A DNA stretch of 64,000 nt. Source: Candidatus Poseidoniaceae archaeon. Its GTDB lineage: Archaea > Thermoplasmatota > Poseidoniia > Poseidoniales > Poseidoniaceae. The position numbers and the translations under genes were made by a program. Under the pieces are notes generated by a model. The model saw only the letters and a program-made list of their open reading frames with translations. It was not told where the DNA came from and searched no databases. The stretch is taken from contig JAPKCS010000001.1 of the NCBI GenBank assembly GCA_028822845.1, positions 68,416 to 132,415 on the forward strand. The letters run 5' to 3'. How positions within the stretch are numbered: position 1 is the first letter of the stretch; every line of letters starts with the position of its first letter. Below are positions 1 to 9,226 of the stretch, piece by piece.

Positions 1-624
1 GGGCCCGGCATCGATGGCTTGGGCTTGGATTGGTCGAACACGCGGTTGTCGTTGTTCAACATCAGCGACCCAACATCCCCATCGGTTGACGATGTGCTTT
101 CACTCACCCCGGTCGCCAATTCGAACGACACGGCTTGGACATGGTCGTACTCTGAAGCCTCATATGAGCACAAAGCCTTCCAATACTGGGCGCCGAAAGG
201 GTTGCTTGCAGTGCCCCTTTCAACTTACAGGTACGACAGTTCATATGATCAAAATGGACGCTATTCCTACTCCTACCAATACGTCAGTAATTTGGTGATT
301 GTGAATGTATCAGAAGAGACAGGAACCATGTCGATTCATGGAACAGTCAACCACTCCACGTTCTACAACAATGAAGAAAGCACTTATTTTGGCGGCAACT
401 ACAACATCCGCCGTTCGATCTTCATGGGCGATTTCATCTATGCAGTTTCAGCCCAAGGCGTGACCGTTACCAACTTAACGACGATGGAAGAATCAACCTC
501 CCTCGCCCTTACCTATGAAGAGCAATGCACCTTTTGCCCCGAGATAGTCGAAGATTCAAGCGAAGGCAGTTCGAGTTCTGAGGGCAGCGAGGACAAACCA
601 TCGCCGAATGAAAGCGAAAGGTGA
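1..624 (+). CDS. Secreted beta-propeller domain protein (Beta_propel-like), 3' part only
   Basis: Frame 1 is open from the window start. Motifs 'RLSLFNISDPTSP', 'SEASYEHKAF', 'IRRSIFMGDFIYAVS' are typical of the C-terminus of this family; Ser/Glu-rich tail. Confidence 0.8.
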   Translation, partial: GPGIDGLGLDWSNTRLSLFNISDPTSPSVDDVLSLTPVANSNDTAWTWSYSEASYEHKAFQYWAPKGLLAVPLSTYRYDSSYDQNGRYSYSYQYVSNLVIVNVSEETGTMSIHGTVNHSTFYNNEESTYFGGNYNIRRSIFMGDFIYAVSAQGVTVTNLTTMEESTSLALTYEEQCTFCPEIVEDSSEGSSSSEGSEDKPSPNESER

Positions 625-1571
625 GTGACCACATGCCCATCTCGATTGGCGTTGTTGGCTGCGGGCGTTGGGGGTCCATTCACCTCCAGACACTCTTGCG
701 CATGAAACGCGAAGGAACCGTCAACCGCATCATTGCGTGTGATGCGGACCGAACGAAACTTCCACCCACAACCGACATCGACGCCATCTATGGTGGATGG
801 GAACGGATGTGTGATTCAGAACCACTGGACCTGGTCATCCTTGCCACGCCAAACAGAACGCATGAAAAGATCGGGTTGGCGCTGCTTGCTCGGGGTGTTC
901 GGGTATTGATTGAGAAGCCCTTTTCCACTTCAATCGAAGGAACACAGCGACTGATCCAAGAGGCTGAGAAAAACAACACATACACCGTTTCTGGCTACTT
1001 ATTGCGACATCATGCGGGAATTCAGCGTGTGCGCCAACTCATTGATGAGAAAACACTCGGCGAGGTGATTCAGATCACCTACACGCGGTATACAAACAGG
1101 CCAAAGCCGACTGAAATGCCGATCCTCGAAGGTCTCGGCTCGCACGGCGTGGACACATTAGATTACCTTGTGGCGGGGGAACACCACCTTACCTTTTCAT
1201 CGGGGCTTTTCGAACACCCCACTGACAAACCAGCAACCATCCAGACGGCCAGCAGCGCGCGTTTCCTTTTCGAAGGCGAGTCGCAGCTTCACACGAACCG
1301 TTTCTCAGCAACCGTCGAAGTCGGCTGGGGTCAAAGCGAAGAACGCCGGGAACTTCTCGTTCAGGGGACCAAAGGAAAGGTTTCAATTGATTTTGGCCAA
1401 CATCAAAGGTACACCTTGGATGGCGTTGAAAGGGACCTGGGGGCGACAAAGTCTCCGCTCGAGGCTCAGATACTGGACGCTCTGGCACGCCCTACATTGC
1501 CAGCAGAAATGGCCGAGGCACTTCTGCGTACGACACAACGAATCGAATCGATCAAGCATCAGTGTGTTTGA
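621..1571 (+). CDS. Gfo/Idh/MocA family oxidoreductase
   Basis: Rossmann 'IGVVGCGRWG', 'ATPNRTH', 'VLIEKPF'; GTGA overlap with the upstream stop. Confidence 0.85.
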   Translation: MSDHMPISIGVVGCGRWGSIHLQTLLRMKREGTVNRIIACDADRTKLPPTTDIDAIYGGWERMCDSEPLDLVILATPNRTHEKIGLALLARGVRVLIEKPFSTSIEGTQRLIQEAEKNNTYTVSGYLLRHHAGIQRVRQLIDEKTLGEVIQITYTRYTNRPKPTEMPILEGLGSHGVDTLDYLVAGEHHLTFSSGLFEHPTDKPATIQTASSARFLFEGESQLHTNRFSATVEVGWGQSEERRELLVQGTKGKVSIDFGQHQRYTLDGVERDLGATKSPLEAQILDALARPTLPAEMAEALLRTTQRIESIKHQCV

Positions 1572-1610
1572 TTGAATTGATGCTTTGGATTGCGAGTCTT
1601 CAAGAATTGG

Positions 1611-1982
1611 ATGCGTTTGGCCTACATCATGGGCCTCTCCTATACCGCCATTCAGCGAATGTTTGTTGCAAACTTCATTGTCTCTGCCGCGACATGGTAC
1701 ACCCAAGACAATTACACAGATGGAGCGCTCGTTCTGATCGCCCTATCGGCCCTCATCGGCATTGCTTGGGGCCTTTCAGAACGCGAAATGACGTTTGAAC
1801 ACCTCGGTATGAATCAGGCCGGAGTGCTTACCATGCTGGCGTTCATTGGCTCAATAGCCTTGTTCGCAGAAGTGGGTGTTCGAATCTGGGGCTTTCCAAC
1901 CACAGGGTCGTATGTTCTCTCGGTGTTCTTCATCGGCTCCTTCTGGTGGACCGGTGCTTTAATTCAGCCAAAGACCAACTGA
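1611..1982 (+). CDS. Small multi-pass membrane protein, unknown function
   Basis: About 4 hydrophobic segments; start could be TTG 1590 or ATG 1611. Confidence 0.65.
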   Translation: MRLAYIMGLSYTAIQRMFVANFIVSAATWYTQDNYTDGALVLIALSALIGIAWGLSEREMTFEHLGMNQAGVLTMLAFIGSIALFAEVGVRIWGFPTTGSYVLSVFFIGSFWWTGALIQPKTN

Positions 1983-2065
1983 AACGAGCGTCAAAGTTGC
2001 CTCCGCCATGTGCGTAGGCCGTGCGAAGGGTGAAAAGCCGTGGGCATGGACCATGGTTGATTGAT

Positions 2066-3433
2066 ATGGCAAAGTATGGCGACCACCCCCCGCTTCCTCA
2101 GCGACTTGAAGCCCTGCTCATGGAGGACGTCCATACCGTATTCATCAAGGCAGATTGCCCACCAAGGGTCAAACGCGGTACGATTGGCCAATTGAAATTG
2201 GTTGAAGTCGAGGGTGCGGATGACGGACAATGGGACACATTGCGGATGGAATCATTGCAAGAAGAATTGGTCGGTATGATCGACGAACACCGCCATCGCA
2301 GCGACTGTTTCCTAGAAATCGATCGAAAGGGATGCCAAGTCCTCCAACTTGGTGACTTACGAATTTCGTGTGCTTGGCCCCCATTCGCTGATGCACGAGA
2401 GATCACCATCGTCCGACCAGTTGCCAAATTATCCCTTGGCGAGTATGAATTGGATCAACGGCTCATCGACCGCTTGGCCGACCACCACCGGGGCGTGTTT
2501 ATTTGTGGCCGCCCAGGTTCTGGAAAGACAACCCTCGCCCAAGCCATCGCAGAATACCTCGATACCGAGATTGGCGCCATGGTGAAAACGATGGAAGCGC
2601 CACGAGATCTCCAGTTGGCCGACCGAATCACGCAGTATGCACCACTCGAAGGCGATTTGGAAAAAACAGCCGAGATCATTTTCCTCGTCCGCCCGGATTT
2701 CGTTATCTTTGACGAAGTGCGCCGCGCCCGAGATTTCGAGATTTTCGCAGACGTGCGCTTAGCAGGTGTCGGGCTTCTTGGTGTCACACACGCCAATTCA
2801 GCCCTCGAAGCCATTCAACGTTTGATTGGAAAGGTCGAACTTGGATTGGTGAGCCAGGTGCTTGATACCATCATCCACGTCGAAGCCGGGAAAATTGAGC
2901 AAGTCATGGAACTTCGAATGACAGTGAAACCACCGACGGGCATGCAAGAAGAACTCGCCCGACCAGTCATCGAAGTTGTTGAATTCCCAAGCGGAAAAAT
3001 CACTCATGAAATGTTCGCTTTCGGCTCTGAAATTGCAGTTGTACCTGTCGAAGGCCGTGAAACCGGAGGGGCCCTTTCACCGTTGAAGACACTCGCCCGA
3101 GACCAGCTCGTCCAGATCATTCGACAGTGGGTGGGTGTGGAGTGCCAAGTTCAATTCAAGGGCGAATCCAGTGCGACGATTTACGCACCACAAAACATGA
3201 TTCCAACCCTGATTGGTAAAGGTGGCGAAAACGTTCGCCAACTCCAAGACGAACTTGGGGGCATGCACCTAAACATCGAATCCTTTGACGAAATGCCCGA
3301 ATCGTTAGGTGCTTCATCCAACCCTAACTGGCGTGAAACCTCGGATCGACGCAGTCGAGATGGCAAGGCATGGGAACAAAATGGACGCGGAAACAACCCC
3401 CGGAAAAGCAAAGGGAAGAAAAACCGAAGGTGA
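2066..3433 (+). CDS. PINA-like (T2SS/T4P-family) ATPase with KH domain, lacking the N-terminal PIN domain
   Basis: Walker A GRPGSGKTT, 'TMEAPRDLQ', 'RPDFVIFDEVR', 'RLAGVGLLGVTHA', KH 'LIGKGGENV'. Confidence 0.85.
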   Translation: MAKYGDHPPLPQRLEALLMEDVHTVFIKADCPPRVKRGTIGQLKLVEVEGADDGQWDTLRMESLQEELVGMIDEHRHRSDCFLEIDRKGCQVLQLGDLRISCAWPPFADAREITIVRPVAKLSLGEYELDQRLIDRLADHHRGVFICGRPGSGKTTLAQAIAEYLDTEIGAMVKTMEAPRDLQLADRITQYAPLEGDLEKTAEIIFLVRPDFVIFDEVRRARDFEIFADVRLAGVGLLGVTHANSALEAIQRLIGKVELGLVSQVLDTIIHVEAGKIEQVMELRMTVKPPTGMQEELARPVIEVVEFPSGKITHEMFAFGSEIAVVPVEGRETGGALSPLKTLARDQLVQIIRQWVGVECQVQFKGESSATIYAPQNMIPTLIGKGGENVRQLQDELGGMHLNIESFDEMPESLGASSNPNWRETSDRRSRDGKAWEQNGRGNNPRKSKGKKNRR

Positions 3434-3529
3434 CAACCGGTTCTAGGTTCGTCACAAGTCCTTCGAAAGTCTATTTGCTGTTGCCGACATGGGATTCTGC
3501 TTTTATAGAAAGAGTTCGTCACAGAAGGC

Positions 3530-4111
3530 ATGACCGATGACGAAAGCACGTCGACACACGACGGGCGGGCCCTCGTGAAATTCCTTTTGGAAAATCGAAT
3601 GATGATGAGTTACATGTCAATTTTGATGATTGTTTACGCTGTTTGGGCCACAATCGAGGTTCTGACAAACGCCAGTGGCGCTACATGGTGGCCTCCAGAA
3701 ACAGGCATCGCCGCTTCCGAACTCTACAACAATCCTGACGCCGTTCAGAACATCAACAACGGCTGGGTCATTGGCATCGGCGCAGTGTTCGGAACTGTCG
3801 GCATCATGATTCAATATTTCTACCGAGCTGCACCATACGTTGACGCTTCAATGCAAGCAACAGCAGCACTCATCATTTCAGCAGTCAAAGAAGACTCAAT
3901 TCATGAATCTGCAGAAAAACTAGCTAAGGAAATCGTTGCAGCCGAAAAAGAAGAGGAAGCAGCCGAAGCAGCCGAAGCAGCAGAAGAACAACAACACGAG
4001 GAAGAAGAATCCGACGAAGAAGGCGAAGAGGCTTCATCCGAGGAAGAACATCAAGAAAACGACGAAACTGCTGAACCGTCGGAAGAAGAAGGACAGCGAA
4101 AGAAATTCTGA
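3530..4111 (+). CDS. Two-TM membrane protein with highly acidic C-terminal tail, unknown function
   Basis: Two hydrophobic helices followed by a Glu-rich tail; first gene of a tightly spaced three-gene run. Confidence 0.7.
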   Translation: MTDDESTSTHDGRALVKFLLENRMMMSYMSILMIVYAVWATIEVLTNASGATWWPPETGIAASELYNNPDAVQNINNGWVIGIGAVFGTVGIMIQYFYRAAPYVDASMQATAALIISAVKEDSIHESAEKLAKEIVAAEKEEEAAEAAEAAEEQQHEEEESDEEGEEASSEEEHQENDETAEPSEEEGQRKKF

Positions 4112-4120
4112 GGTGAAATT

Positions 4121-6157
4121 ATGTGGGAACATCGATCTGTATCAAACAAAGCTTATGCTGAAACTAAAGTCATGCGTCCAAGCGAAACATATGTTCGCTT
4201 GATGGACGTAGTTGAAGAAGCCGTCTCGAGGGCTCAAGTCGACGAATTCGACCACGAATCCTTCCTGAAATACATCCCTCAACGAGGCCCATGGGAAGAA
4301 TTGCCCGCTACTGATTCTTCCAAAGCAGATCCTCGTACACGTTACATCGGGCCAGCCCGGGCACGTTTGCTCAACACCAACCTGATCCTCGGATCAACCT
4401 GGATTGAAGCAGAGCGGTTCAAGTTTGAACGCCGAATTTCAAGCGTCGCGGAATTCCTCAAGCAAAAGACCATCATCAATGCTAACATGTGGACTCCAAA
4501 ACAACTCTCGACAACACAAACCCTCTTTTTCTGCTCAACAGGCGATGAAGAACGCATGGGAGGATCTTTCCTCACAGGCGACGGTCCTGGCGTCGACCAC
4601 CCCTTCCTCGGTCACAAGGAAGGCGAACAACCAGAATGGGAACCGATTCTTTGGGGACTTGGACACCGCGGTGTTGTCCCCGACTCCGACCCACTCGACC
4701 AATGCTTCTACCCATCCTTGATGCACCGAGGCGTTTCTTTCAACAACCGTTTGGGTTGGATTCGCTACTCTCCTGCCGGTTTCGGTAAGGATGCGAGCGG
4801 TTACATCATGACGCGCCCAGGGACTTGGATCTGGCCCGCGGTCAATGGAAATCGTGAATCCCCAACCGCATTCAACCTCTTGGTCAATCTTCCAGACCGA
4901 CGCCTTTCATTCGGTGAAGAAGGTATCACAGATGTGTTCATGACCACAGGAAAGACCTCTCTCTACAGCCTCATGGGCATGATGAGTTCCTCCACGGTCC
5001 GCCAAATGTTTGGCGCAGGATCCGAAATGGTTCCACTTGAATTCCACTGCGTCGAACCTGGGTTGGATGAATGGATTGCAAGCGCCAGTGATGAGGACAA
5101 GTACGCTCGTTTGTTCGAGGTTTGTGCTTCGCTTGGCTACATGCTCACCGATCCTTGGATCGGCGGACTCGGTGGCGGTGCAAAGCGCCGTCGCTTGCTT
5201 GTCTACCCTCGTGATCAAGGCAACTTGTTGACCTGCGTCAACGCCAGCCAAGTCGCAGACCATGCTTTGAAGTCCAACTACGAAGCAACCGTGTTCACCA
5301 AGCTCGACCAAGCCGATTTCATGAACCGCGTTACTCGTCGGTTCAAGGCCTACGCTGATTTGGTTGCCGCAAGCGATGTCGCTCAAGGCTCCCGTTGGAT
5401 CAGCCAAGCTGATTTCCACGATGGAGAAAAGAAGCAAGCAGGACCCCACGTCCACTCGATTCTTTCCGTCCGTGGCTATGACGTCATGAGCATGGATGAA
5501 TACATTCAGACCTTCAATGACATCTCAGCAGCTCCTGACCGATTGATGCGCCGTTGCGTTCAATCAATTGCTACCAACGCTTTGAAGACGGTCTACCCAA
5601 TGACTGATCTTGGAGAAACTGCAGACTCTGCACCATACTCCCACATCTTTGGGGCCAAAGACGACAACCCCCTTGTCTACTACACAGACATCCGGTTCTT
5701 GGTCCCAACATCGATTGACAAGTTGCGTCACATCACCGGATCCCGTGGTGCAGATCGTGGACGAATGCGTGAAGCGTTCACCTCACTCACCAACGCCGAC
5801 CCAATGACCAGCCTCTCGATCCAAGACATCTGTTTGCCGTTCCTCGCTGACATGGGTCCAGACTCCTGGCAGAACGGAACCGGATTGAACGAGAACGAAA
5901 TCATCGTCGAAGTCACCATGGCAGTCAACCCTGCACGTGTTTGGCGCGCATTGCTTGATCCAACCACACGGGAAGTCTTCGACCTACCTAAGGGCAAGCA
6001 AGGAACAGCCGCTAACCTATGGGGCGATATTTTCATCGAAAACGATACTCTTCATCAGAAGATGGAACGCGATGGACTTTCTCATTACTTGCGCTTGCTC
6101 AAGTTGGCGTACAACTGGTCCAACGACGAAACGCGAAAGAATCACGGCTTGAAGTGA
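4121..6157 (+). CDS. Hypothetical soluble protein (678 aa)
   Basis: Long ORF with a GAGGTGA Shine-Dalgarno and strongly biased codons (CGT, TTC, AAC); no family recognised. Confidence 0.8.
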   Translation: MWEHRSVSNKAYAETKVMRPSETYVRLMDVVEEAVSRAQVDEFDHESFLKYIPQRGPWEELPATDSSKADPRTRYIGPARARLLNTNLILGSTWIEAERFKFERRISSVAEFLKQKTIINANMWTPKQLSTTQTLFFCSTGDEERMGGSFLTGDGPGVDHPFLGHKEGEQPEWEPILWGLGHRGVVPDSDPLDQCFYPSLMHRGVSFNNRLGWIRYSPAGFGKDASGYIMTRPGTWIWPAVNGNRESPTAFNLLVNLPDRRLSFGEEGITDVFMTTGKTSLYSLMGMMSSSTVRQMFGAGSEMVPLEFHCVEPGLDEWIASASDEDKYARLFEVCASLGYMLTDPWIGGLGGGAKRRRLLVYPRDQGNLLTCVNASQVADHALKSNYEATVFTKLDQADFMNRVTRRFKAYADLVAASDVAQGSRWISQADFHDGEKKQAGPHVHSILSVRGYDVMSMDEYIQTFNDISAAPDRLMRRCVQSIATNALKTVYPMTDLGETADSAPYSHIFGAKDDNPLVYYTDIRFLVPTSIDKLRHITGSRGADRGRMREAFTSLTNADPMTSLSIQDICLPFLADMGPDSWQNGTGLNENEIIVEVTMAVNPARVWRALLDPTTREVFDLPKGKQGTAANLWGDIFIENDTLHQKMERDGLSHYLRLLKLAYNWSNDETRKNHGLK

Positions 6158-6192
6158 GAGACCAACTGGTGCGAATTCGGAGGTGACGGGCC

Positions 6193-7458
6193 GTGACAAC
6201 GACACTTAACCTCACCGAAATCTTGTCGTCTTTACAAGACTACATGACTGCTGACGGAGCAATTTCCTCTGAGCAACGTTCGTTTTATACCGCCTTCCGT
6301 GGACAATTAGATCTTCATCCTGGGGCGTTCCTCGCACAGGATATTCAGCGCCTCCTACAAAGCGCCCGAATCGATATGGCTGGCGATGTCGACCAAGAAG
6401 AATTTGAGTGCTATGTCGAAGCAGTGATGTCAAAAGTAAGTTTGAAAGAACGGCTCGAAGTAACAGAAAAAGTCGTCACACGTTCACAAGAAGAAATTGA
6501 CGCCATGGTACACCAAGCCGAAGCTGAGGCCCGTGCAGCGGTCCAAGAAGAATACAGACTTCGAGCAAAATTCGATTCGTCCGAACCGGCCCCGGCAGAA
6601 CAGGTCGGTCAATCCGATGAAGAGGTAGCAACCCTCATCAAAGAAAAAGCCCGGATTGCCGCTGAAGAAGCCCGTGTAGCGGCTCAAGACGCCGCATCAA
6701 GGGCCGAGGTCGATGGACGGGAACAACTCAGAAAAGACGAGCACGACAAGGCAATGGCTGAAATCGAATCTGCTCGAATTACTGCTGAAGAAGAAACTGC
6801 TCGCATCAAAGCCGAAACCGAATCACAACTCGCAGAGGCCCAGGAAACTCTCAAGCGTGCCGAATCTGAAGCAGCCTACCGGAAAGAGGAAGATGAAGCA
6901 AGACGCAAAGCTGAGTCAGAACTTGAAGATTCCAAACGTAAGGCCGAAGCAGAACTAACTGCAGCACGAGAATCAGCAGCATTAGCCCAGGAAACACTTG
7001 CCAGACAGCAAGCCGAAGCCGCTGCACTTGCCCTCGAGGCTGAAGCAGAGCGATCACGAGCAAGCGAAGATGCCGCATTGGCGCAGGAACGACTCGCGCT
7101 CCAGCAAGCCGAAGCAGAACGTGTACGGGCTGGCGAATTAGCAGCATTGGCACAGGAAACCCTTGCATTACAGCAAGCCGCCGCAGCGGCCCTGTCTGAA
7201 GAAAACGACGCCCCCTCTGTGCCCGAATCCCCATCCTTCGAAGAACCAGAGGTACCAGAGGTACCAGAGGAACCAGAGGTACCCGAGGAACCAGAAGAAG
7301 ACACTGAGAAGGATTTGCCAGAACTCCCCCCGCTTGGTGGAGCCACCCAACCCCTTTCACCCACCCCTCCTCCCAGCAAGTTCGGTATGGTCCAAGTGAT
7401 CGGTGTTGCGACCGGGGCCATTGGTGCAGTTGCGGCTGTGTTTATCTTCCTCCTCTGA
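6193..7458 (+). CDS. Ala/Glu-rich coiled-coil protein with Pro/Glu linker and C-terminal TM anchor
   Basis: GGAGGTGA SD and GTG start; three 'AALAQE(T/R)LA(R/L)QQA' repeats; PEV/PEE repeats; hydrophobic C-terminus. Confidence 0.75.
   Translation: MTTTLNLTEILSSLQDYMTADGAISSEQRSFYTAFRGQLDLHPGAFLAQDIQRLLQSARIDMAGDVDQEEFECYVEAVMSKVSLKERLEVTEKVVTRSQEEIDAMVHQAEAEARAAVQEEYRLRAKFDSSEPAPAEQVGQSDEEVATLIKEKARIAAEEARVAAQDAASRAEVDGREQLRKDEHDKAMAEIESARITAEEETARIKAETESQLAEAQETLKRAESEAAYRKEEDEARRKAESELEDSKRKAEAELTAARESAALAQETLARQQAEAAALALEAEAERSRASEDAALAQERLALQQAEAERVRAGELAALAQETLALQQAAAAALSEENDAPSVPESPSFEEPEVPEVPEEPEVPEEPEEDTEKDLPELPPLGGATQPLSPTPPPSKFGMVQVIGVATGAIGAVAAVFIFLL
7246..7299 (+). repeat. Six imperfect copies of a 9-bp coding repeat (CCAGAGG[T/A]A; PEV/PEE)
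   Basis: ccagaggta ccagaggta ccagaggaa ccagaggta cccgaggaa ccagaagaa. Confidence 0.85.
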
Positions 7459-7549
7459 GCAACCGACATCGTCGTAAAGCCTCCTCATTTCTTGGATGTA
7501 CGAAGCAAGAGAAAGGGTTCATCTATGCGCTTCACCGCCGCTTGAAGTG

Positions 7550-9148
7550 ATGGCTCAACCGAATGATGGTTCTGGACGCGCACCTGTTGCGATTGTCCGC
7601 CCAACCACTTCCATAACCAGTGGTGTGGCCGTCACGCAAAAACTCGTGAGCGCATCCGTCGCATTTGGAGATCTCCTTCGCGGAACATTTGGCCCAAATG
7701 GGCTTGACAAAATGATGTACAAGACCAGCGGCGAAACCGCAGTGACCAATGATGGGGCAAAAATTGTCGCAGAACTTCTCGTGAAGCATCCAGCCGCAAA
7801 AGCGTTCGTTCAACTCGCCAAATCCCAAGAAAACGCCTGCGGCGATGGCGTCACTGGTTGCCTAATCGTGGCCAGTGAACTGATGCGTGAAGCCGGCCGA
7901 CTTCTTGAAAAAGGCCTTCATCCACTCGTGTTGGTCGAAGGCTACCAACGAGCCCTCCAAGTGACACTGGATACCCTTGACGCACGCGTTGAACAGATCA
8001 GTCCAGCGGATAATGCACGCCTTTTGGCGGTCGCTAAAACTGCAATGATGGGAACCACGGCGGAAAGCGGTAGCGACCATCTCGCCCAATGCATCGTCAC
8101 GGCAGCCAAAACCGTCGCCACCGAACTCAACGGCGTGCTCCATGTCCGTACAGAAGATGTTCGAATGTCCAAGCGCGGCATTGGCGGCATTGCCGATACT
8201 CGACTTGTGCCCGGATTAATACTCGAACGTCGCCTCGAACTCGACCGTCTCCCTCGGCACCTCGAGAACGGCAAGGTGGCGGTCCTTTCATGCCCGCTCG
8301 AAATTGAAACGTCCTCGAGAGAGGCTGAAATTGAAGTGACTTCACCTGATCAATGGGTGGCCTTCATGGACGCTGAAGAAGCTCAACTCGATTCAAAGGC
8401 CCAGGCCATTCTGGATTGTGGCGCCACGCTTGTTGTTTGCGCCGAGGGAATTGATCCACGGGTCCTCCATCGTTGTGTTGACGCCGGAGTGTTCGCTCTT
8501 CCCGGACTTGAACGGGCAGGGGCTGAAGATGTCGCCGCCGCAACCGGCGCCATGATGATCGACCACCTCGATTCTCTCGACGCATCCGTTCTGGGCACCT
8601 TCGAATCGATGCATATTGAAACCCTCGAGGGCGAGGATGCACGCCGAGAACGCCTCCACATTGATGTTGGAGAACAAGCAGGTCTTGCAACCATCGATGT
8701 TGGCGGTGGCGACGGAGTTGCCAGCGAGGAAGTCATTCGTGGACTCTATGATGCCCTTTGTTCAGTCACCAGTGCCATGGAAACCGGCGAGGTCTTACTC
8801 GGTGGCGGGAGCCTCCACATGGCAGCCAGTTTAGCAATCAAGGAAGCAGCAGAAGCTCAAGGCGGACGGGAACGTTTGGCTATGGAAGCGTTCGCTCGTT
8901 CGCTGGAAGCCATTCCTGCAGTGTTGGCGACCAACGCAGGCCATGATCACCTCGACACCCTCCTCGCTCTTCGTTCACTCCACCGAGACGGATCACCAGA
9001 CAGCGGCGTTCAACAGACGGGCCACGCTGGCCCGATTCAATCAGCGTGGTCAAGTGCAGAAACACTCGCTCATGCAATTGAAGCAGCATGTGAAACGGCA
9101 TGCGGGTTGCTTCGCGTGGACCAAGTCATTTCAGCCCGCGGGGATTGA
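7550..9148 (+). CDS. Thermosome (group II chaperonin) subunit, divergent paralog
   Basis: 'GTFGPNGLDKM', 'VTNDGAKI', 'HPAAK', 'GLHP', 'LLRVDQVI'; the canonical GDGTT motif reads GDGVTG. Confidence 0.88.
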   Translation: MAQPNDGSGRAPVAIVRPTTSITSGVAVTQKLVSASVAFGDLLRGTFGPNGLDKMMYKTSGETAVTNDGAKIVAELLVKHPAAKAFVQLAKSQENACGDGVTGCLIVASELMREAGRLLEKGLHPLVLVEGYQRALQVTLDTLDARVEQISPADNARLLAVAKTAMMGTTAESGSDHLAQCIVTAAKTVATELNGVLHVRTEDVRMSKRGIGGIADTRLVPGLILERRLELDRLPRHLENGKVAVLSCPLEIETSSREAEIEVTSPDQWVAFMDAEEAQLDSKAQAILDCGATLVVCAEGIDPRVLHRCVDAGVFALPGLERAGAEDVAAATGAMMIDHLDSLDASVLGTFESMHIETLEGEDARRERLHIDVGEQAGLATIDVGGGDGVASEEVIRGLYDALCSVTSAMETGEVLLGGGSLHMAASLAIKEAAEAQGGRERLAMEAFARSLEAIPAVLATNAGHDHLDTLLALRSLHRDGSPDSGVQQTGHAGPIQSAWSSAETLAHAIEAACETACGLLRVDQVISARGD

Positions 9149-9226
9149 ACTCCAAAACCTCTTCAAAAAAAGGGGTCGCTATGTTCAATATCATCGGACC
9201 AATGCATTCGATAACGGGTACTTCTG

